Assembly (NCBI RefSeq): GCF_009914755.1 | Contig: NC_060934.1 | Source of the DNA: the human T2T-CHM13v2.0 reference genome, Homo sapiens | DNA length: 64,000 bases | Direction: 5' to 3' (one strand) | Shown: one piece after another, positions 57,311-64,000 of the stretch | Position numbering within the stretch: position 1 is the stretch's first letter | Layout of the letters: each line of letters starts with the position of its first letter | Notes under the pieces: model-generated | What the model was told of the DNA's origin: nothing | The model's input: the letters and a program-made list of their open reading frames with translations, nothing else | The model's database searches: none | Made by a program: the position numbers and the translations under genes

Positions 57311-58424
57311 CTAAACTCTGATTGATAGTATAGTCCCTTCCTGATGTCCCCTGGAGTTGCAGTACCATGTAGTAATAGACAAGAGAGAATGAGGCACGTG
57401 CTAACTCCTCTTTCTTCTCCAGACAGGGACACTAGTGAAACTCTCTCCTCTCTCTGAAGAGGGATTAATAACACTTTCTAATTTTGCAGATCTTAGAAGG
57501 AAAGACAAAATTAAGTAGATGCCAGATCTTGGTGGTTTCAATTTAGTTACAGGAGAAGTAGGTTAGTGACTTTTGTAGGTTCCAGAACAATTTCTGACTA
57601 TCATAGGGTTATTTAATACATTTTTCTTTATTCCCACATAAAGCCTGGTCTTTTAGAAATATACAGCAAATGCACTCACGTAGGAGAAACCTGCAGGGCA
57701 GCATAATCTAGCAAACTACATGAGCAAAGGGAAGTCTTCCAGTACTGATGGGTTTTCTTCTTTGCGGTGACAGCCTGCCATTTTGGAGACGTGATTATGT
57801 CAGAAAACATTCTTTCTTCTCTGTGTCTATTTTCAACACAAATACATAAATGAATGACAATATCTCAAACATATTATTACTAGGTGTGTGATGCAGAATT
57901 ATGTCTCTGAGAAAACAGTTACCTTCACTATCCACAATCCTGCTTGTAATTCTTATTAAACTATTGCAGTTATTCAAACTTGTGTGTGATGTTTGTGCAC
58001 ATATGCTTGCATAAGAATGAAAAAGGTGTCTGCCCATACAAAGGAAGTCCTGATGAAAGACAACTTCATTTCTTTGTCATATAAAATAGACATGACCTCA
58101 GAAAAGTGGCTAAAACTTTCCACAAACACTATGTTTTGCACCTGACTTCACTATATTCTCAGAATTCTTTCATTTTCTATTTAGATTCTGTCCTATAAAT
58201 CTGACCCTTTTAGCACACCTTTCAAGTCATCTCCCATCCTTCATACCCAAGATGCACATTACTTTAGCTAAATCCTCTGTCATCTCTCACCTGGAGGATT
58301 GCCATGGTCTGTTAACTAGCTTCCAATCTCAGTCCAACTAACCTATCATCCACCCCAATGAATAGTCTTTCTAATCATTTCTCTTCCCTGCACAAAACCC
58401 TCCACTGGCTCCACATTATAAAAC

Positions 58425-58566
58425 AGTAGATACCAAGCTTGGCATACTGGTCATCTGGGATGCTTGTAAAAATCTGTAGGATGAGACCCCACCTCTGGGA
58501 ATTCTGATTCAGTTGGGTGTTTCTAATGTGGAAATCCCGAGGTCTACACTTTGAGAAAACTATTCT
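58425..58566. mobile_element. MER5A-like hAT transposon
   Basis: tcatctgggatgcttgtaaaa..attctgattcagttgg..tttgagaaaactatt. Confidence 0.55.
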
Positions 58567-58933
58567 AGAGACTAAATTGCAAATTCCTTACCACAGATAA
58601 CTATGATCTGCCTCCTCCTTATCTCTTAGGGATAATTTCTTACTCTGTTCTCCTTCCCCACCTATCATCCTGCCTTCCAGCTATGCTGACCTACCTTCAG
58701 TTCCCAGAACCTGTCTTGTTATTTTAGAATTTATGTCTTTGCTCCATCAGGTTAGAATAATATCTTTCTTCTAACTTATCTGCTTGGTGAACACCTATAC
58801 ATCTTTCTTTATGTGAAACTATTTATGACACCACCATGTTCCCCAGGTAGGATTACTCTCTCCTCTCTATTTCCATTTTATCCATGTGGACCTCTTTCAT
58901 AGCTCCTCTAGCACCTAATTGTACATACTTGTT

Positions 58934-58990
58934 TTCTTAAGAGATTAGAAGTTCCTTGAATTCTTAAGAGATTAGAAGTTCCTTGAATTC
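58934..58990. repeat. Perfect 27-bp tandem duplication
   Basis: TTCTTAAGAGATTAGAAGTTCCTTGAA twice, followed by TTC. Confidence 0.95.
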
Positions 58991-59254
58991 ATGAATAAGA
59001 ATTCATGTTTCATACCTCTTTGTAGCCAGGCATCTGGCGTTGTTCCTGGCACACAGAAAGTGCTCAATAAATGTATGTGTTATAGAATAAATGCAAAAGT
59101 AATACAATTTAAGAAATTTTTACATTATTTCAAATCATATTAAAGCTGGGAGTCAATGTCCTCCAGCCAATGAATAATGAAGAAAAACAAATCCATAGTT
59201 TTACAGCACCAAAGCTCATAGACACTCAGTCCTCAGTAGCTTGGGGTACCTCAG

Positions 59255-59420
59255 TCACTACCAAACTTTACTTTTGGAGAGTTTGTAAAATTCAGATTCT
59301 TGAGCCAGTCCTTCAGAGAATCCAATTCTGAGTTTCTGCAGTGCGGACCCACAAAGCTGCGTTAAGCAAGGGCTTCAAGTGGTTCACATGCAGGTGATAC
59401 CAACAGCACAAGAGGGTGAC
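59255..59420. mobile_element. MER5B-like relic
   Basis: gtttgtaaaattcagattcttgagcc..atgcaggtgat. Confidence 0.45.
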
Positions 59421-60691
59421 TGCCCTAAGGGTTGTTTCTCCGCTGAAAGACAGCAGGCAAAGCTTGATGCACAACTCAAATCCTGCAACCCAACACGCTG
59501 ACACCTGCCAGTATTAATATAATATAAAGAAGCTTAGCCGTGACAAACAAATTTTCCCCTTACGACCCACTGGCGATTGTACACACAATTCAGAGCTGTC
59601 AAGTCATGGTCGGTAGAAGACCATAATTATTAAGATGCTAATTGTTGACCATAGCAGTGGAAGTTGTAAAGCTTTTGGGGAGTTAATTGCCTGAGTCAGT
59701 GGCCCATTCCAGTGAGCCATGTACACTCTTGGGGGTGCAGAGTCTATGAGTTTCACTCTGTCCTCCAGGAAGCTTGGGGTCAGGCCTGAGAGGCTATGAT
59801 TTATTCAAAAGTTAAAGCTTTACCAGAATCTCTTCCCCACTCTACAACCTTCCTTGTTGACATTTAAAAGTGAGAAATTTTAGCAGAACAAAACTGCTGG
59901 GGAGATTTCTCCACACTATTACTAGTCATAATAGGAAACCAGTATAAAGGGCTAGTCTCTCCTGACATCGCCCCAGCCCTTCCGCTTCCAGGTTTAGCAT
60001 AAAAACTAATCTTATCAAAACAAGCAGAATCCAAAAGAAACAGGTATTCTGGACAGACATTCTGGGAGGCGTGCCCTACAGAAAAGAAAGTGAAGTGAGG
60101 TGAGGGAGTCTTCAGTGGCTTAATACCTCCTGCTCCTTCACAGTCCCTGCTGGGATCTGATCCTTATTTGCGGGTAGCAAAGACAAAGGCAGGTAAATCC
60201 ATTCTCTTTGATCTAAGTTCTGAAGCCTTCTTGATTTTCCCAGGGGTAAGGAGAAAAAAAAATTACTCCTGTGTGCATTTGTTTTATCTGCAACTTTGAA
60301 AACAGTACCCCAGACACAAGGAAATTGTGGTTATAATTATGGGTTTGGGGAGTTTGGTAAGAAGCCATTTTTCTTAGGCGAAACTCTAAGAAGAAAACAG
60401 GCAAGAGGCTTTGTGACTTGGTTAAACATGTTGAAGTAGGCATCCTGTGTGGGTAATGCCACCTTCTTAGTCAGATTATATTCATGTGAAAGGTGGCCTG
60501 AGGAGGGGCCAGGAAATGGCACACAACCCCTGCAATTAGGACTTGCTGCTGGGCCACCATTTTAAGACAGGAAATGCATTAAGCAAAGAAAGGCACGTTA
60601 ATCTTACTACCTTGTGGAGAATGCCACCCACCATATCTTCCCACCAGAACAGGTACAGAGAGAGTTGTTAAGAACACTGAAAATAGTCTCC

Positions 60692-60900
60692 CTTTCTTTT
60701 TTTATTCATTTTTAATTGATAAATAATAATTGTACAGATGTATGGAGTACAATGTAATGTTTGATCTATGTATGTACTACAGAAAGACTCAATCAAGTTA
60801 ATTACCATATCCATCACTTTGCGAATCTGTTATTTTTTGTGTGGTGAGAATGTTAACAATCTATTTTAGCAATTTTTAAATGTTCAGTACCCTTATTGAG
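60692..60900 (-). mobile_element. L1MA 3' end
   Basis: ttaattgataaataataattgtaca..atatccatcac..tgtggtgagaa..ttagcaatttt. Confidence 0.75.
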
Positions 60901-61687
60901 CAAATACAATATCTTCCCTAAGAAAATCAAGCACAAAACATAATGAGTTGGAGATTAGAAATCATTTAATATAATTTTTCTATTTATGTAATTCACATTT
61001 CACACTTATTAAACTTTTTTTTATGTACCTGACTAGGTGCTAAGGATTCAAGGACAGATTTACATATGGAAAAACTAAATGTGGTCGTTTGTTTGCTGAT
61101 ACTATTAGAGGAGTGGCCTTGGCTTCTTATTTAATGATTCTGTACCTTACTTTCTCATTTACAGAATATAGGCAATAATGACACTTACTTCATAGGGTTG
61201 TTACGAGAATTAAATGAGATAACCCATATAAATCAATGAACCTGGTGGCTGGCAGAGAGGAAGCATTCCGTAAATGCTACCTGCTAGTCTCAGTTACTGC
61301 AAGATGCTGGGGTACAGTGATACAACAATACTGGCATGCCTGCTGCCCTCTAGGGGCTTAAAGTCTGTCATACGTATTAATGTTCCAAAGAGGCTGTAGA
61401 AGATCTGTGACAGAGTATAGTCATCACCCAAGGGAACGGTGGTCAATTTGAGCTGGGAGAACCTGCAAAGCCTCTATCAAATTGGCAGACTGGGACAGAG
61501 GCCAAGGGGTACTGGAAAGAGTATTTCAGACAGGCCAATCAGTATGCAAAAAGCTGGTGCAGAAAGCCAGGACTGCTCTGGACATGTAGAGAGTTCCTCT
61601 GAGCTAGAACACTGAACTGTGGGCACGCAAAGACTGAAGAGGAAGCTAGAGGCTACATCATGGAGGATGTACGTGCCATTTGGTCCT

Positions 61688-62064
61688 TGCTATGGGTTGA
61701 ATGTATGTGTTCCTTCAAAATTCATATGTGGAAACCTGACCACCAAGATGATTGTATTAGCAGGTGAGGCTTTTGGGGGGTGCTTAGGTCATGAGGGCTC
61801 CACCCTCTTGAATGAGATTAGTGTCCTTATAAAAGGGCTGGAGGGAGCTAGCTAGGTCCTCTGCCCTTCTGTCTTCTGTCATGTGAGGACACAGCAATAA
61901 AGCACCATCTTGGAAGCCAAGAGCAGCCTTCACCAGACACTGAATCTGCTGGCACTTTGACCTTCGACTTCTCTGCCTCCAGAACTGTGAGAAATACATT
62001 TTTATTATCTATAAATTGCCGGGTCTGTGGCATTTTGTTAGAGCAGCAGGGATAGACTAAGATA
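61688..62064 (+). mobile_element. MSTD-like MaLR solo LTR
   Basis: tgctatgggttgaatgt..aaaattcatatg..cagacactgaatctgctggcac..gactaagata; perfect 5-bp TSD GTCCT (61683-61687, 62065-62069). Confidence 0.88.
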
Positions 62065-62424
62065 GTCCTTCAATAAATATTTTTAATTGCCTACCACATG
62101 CCAGGCATCATCTAAAGTGCTGTAAGAGAAAAATAGAAGAAAAAGCTTTGCTTCAAAAGCTATTCACAAATAACCCTTGCTCAGGGCAGAGTAGATCATA
62201 AGTACCATGACACAGAAACCAACAAGGCTGAGGTTCTGTTCCTGCCCCAGACGGTGACTGAGCAAGTTAATTTACCTTTTTTTGGTTCACATCCGTGGAC
62301 TGATAATAATAATTCTCCCATGCCTGCTTCACCTGAGAACAAGGAGGAGAGCTCAGAATACCTGAGTGGACAATGATGGGAAGGCACCATGAGAACTGTA
62401 AAGCACCATTGATGCAGGAGAGGT

Positions 62425-62562
62425 TATGATGAAAGGATGATGATATTGGTATTGATAATGGTGAAGATGATGATTATGATAGTAAAGGGGTGGGAGAAGA
62501 TATGGTAATTATGGTGAATAAGATGAAAACAATAAGGATTATAGCAATAATTCATCATCATG
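62425..62562. repeat. Degenerate (GAT/ATG)n low-complexity tract
   Basis: gatgatgatattggtattgataatggtgaagatgatgattatgat. Confidence 0.7.
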
Positions 62563-62760
62563 ATTCATTCAACAAATATGCACTGAGGGCCAACTATACG
62601 TTAGACACCATGGATACAGTAATAAATGAAAGAATGTACTTGTCTTATTTTTCACTGGGAGGAAAATCAATAAGTGAGTGATAGTCACATAATTACTAGA
62701 GTTTTAGACTGCCAAAAAAAAAAAAAAAAAGGCAGAGAGAAGGGATAGAAAATGGTGGGA
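62560..62760 (-). mobile_element. L2 3' end
   Basis: attcattcaacaaatatgcactgagggccaactat. Confidence 0.65.
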
Positions 62761-63714
62761 AGTGGCAATGCTAACAGAGATGGTGATTCTGGTTACAGCT
62801 GGAATCCCTCGGCAAAATTAAAAACTTATATGAGAGTCAAGTCCAAGAGGCAGTTTCTAGTGGGCTCCAGCCTTTGTCACTGCAGGCGGTGCTTGGTGGC
62901 AGACATGTGTTGTTATGGGATTTGTGTGGGCCTGAGTCGGGTACATGGAGTCCAAGATGTAGAAGAAAAGATCTTATAGATGAGATTTCACTAGGTACAT
63001 TCTGAGCCCAAGTGACCAAACAGTCTGGGAAAACAAAGACCCTGGTTGTTTCTTTCATATGAAACATGTTTCTGAAGCTTGTCTTCCTTGTCTCCAAGAA
63101 GAATTTCTGTGTAAGTTTCAGGAGTCTGGCACACATTATAGGTTAGTAACATCAATTTTCCCCACAAGAAATAATAACATTGTCATAATTGACTTTGGCT
63201 TTAAACTTGTGTTATTGTCCTGAGGAAAATGAAGTTAGGGTGGGTGGAGAAAGGCTATTAAAACCCCAGGTCTTTCTGCATTTACAAAGAGCATACAATG
63301 ATGTTACACAGCCCAGTTTTGGCAGCCAGCATCGGAATCAGCTTGGGCAAACCCCGAGGTAAACACCTGAACATCTGGAAACAGAGAACAGAGAAGTCGA
63401 GGGATTGCAGGGAAGCCCAGATACAACTAGTACGTTTTATAATATTTTTAATTTGCTGCATGTGAAAGAAAAGGCTTGGTCGGACTCTGGAACTTAACCA
63501 AAAGCAGTGGCCATGTTTTATTCACATTTATGTTCCTCATCTTTTAGTACTGTATCTGGCCAATAAATCAGCAAACACTTCGTTGTTTGAATGAGTGACA
63601 GAATAAAAGAGAAAATAAGTGAGTGGAAGAATTAATTAACAGAGACTGGTGTGGAGCAGAAGTGAAAGGAATGAACAGTTGTGGGATCCCATCCAGGCTT
63701 CGTCTCCACCAGCT

Positions 63715-63835
63715 GACAACCTGAGCATAGTCTTGATCCGTGTGCCTCATGAAATGAGGATAATCATCACATCTGAGCTAGCTATTATGAGAATTATAAA
63801 GTAACATGTGACATGCTCAACAAAGAGTCAGTATT
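63715..63835 (+). mobile_element. MIR
   Basis: tgtgcctcatgaaatgaggataatc..ttatgagaattataa. Confidence 0.5.
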
Positions 63836-64000
63836 AATAATCATGTTAATCATCATGCTTGTGATCATTGTAGGAAAGAAAAGTATGTCCCTAATATGAT
63901 TTATTTCAGAACCAGAAAAGGAATACATAATATAAATATATTTTAACAAAATGAATAATCACATCATCACTTAGCAAAGGCTTTGATCCATATGTCTGAT

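Larger units (their letters stand above)
58230..59090 (+). mobile_element. L2 3' region with nested MER5
   Basis: catctctcacctggagga..; cctggcacacagaaagtgctcaataaatg. Confidence 0.75.

Overview
This is primate (human-like) non-coding genomic DNA, either intergenic or deep intronic. It is AT-rich and CpG-depleted, has no CpG island, and I recognise no protein-coding exon. By eye, more than half of it is interspersed repeats: 8 Alus (Y, S and J types), L1s of many ages, many MIR and L2 relics, MaLR/ERV LTRs (MLT1, THE1A, MSTD, MER52, MER90/110-like, LTR16-like) and hAT DNA transposons (MER20, MER63, MER102, MER5). The ORFs in the track are fragments of Alu, L1 or LTR sequence, or chance ORFs. 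I found no evidence for a new gene system. The most notable signals are fossil DNA repair and replication events clustered at 47.3-49.2 kb: a fold-back plus a templated insertion copied from 1.55 kb away, a ~127-bp quasi-palindrome and a 22-bp VNTR. Also notable are two twin-primed inverted L1s, a probable L1 3' transduction, a palindromic microsatellite, and a chain of + strand exon-like segments at 54-57.5 kb that could belong to a lncRNA. Repeat subfamily calls come from recalled consensus sequences. Their boundaries are approximate unless a target-site duplication (TSD) is cited.
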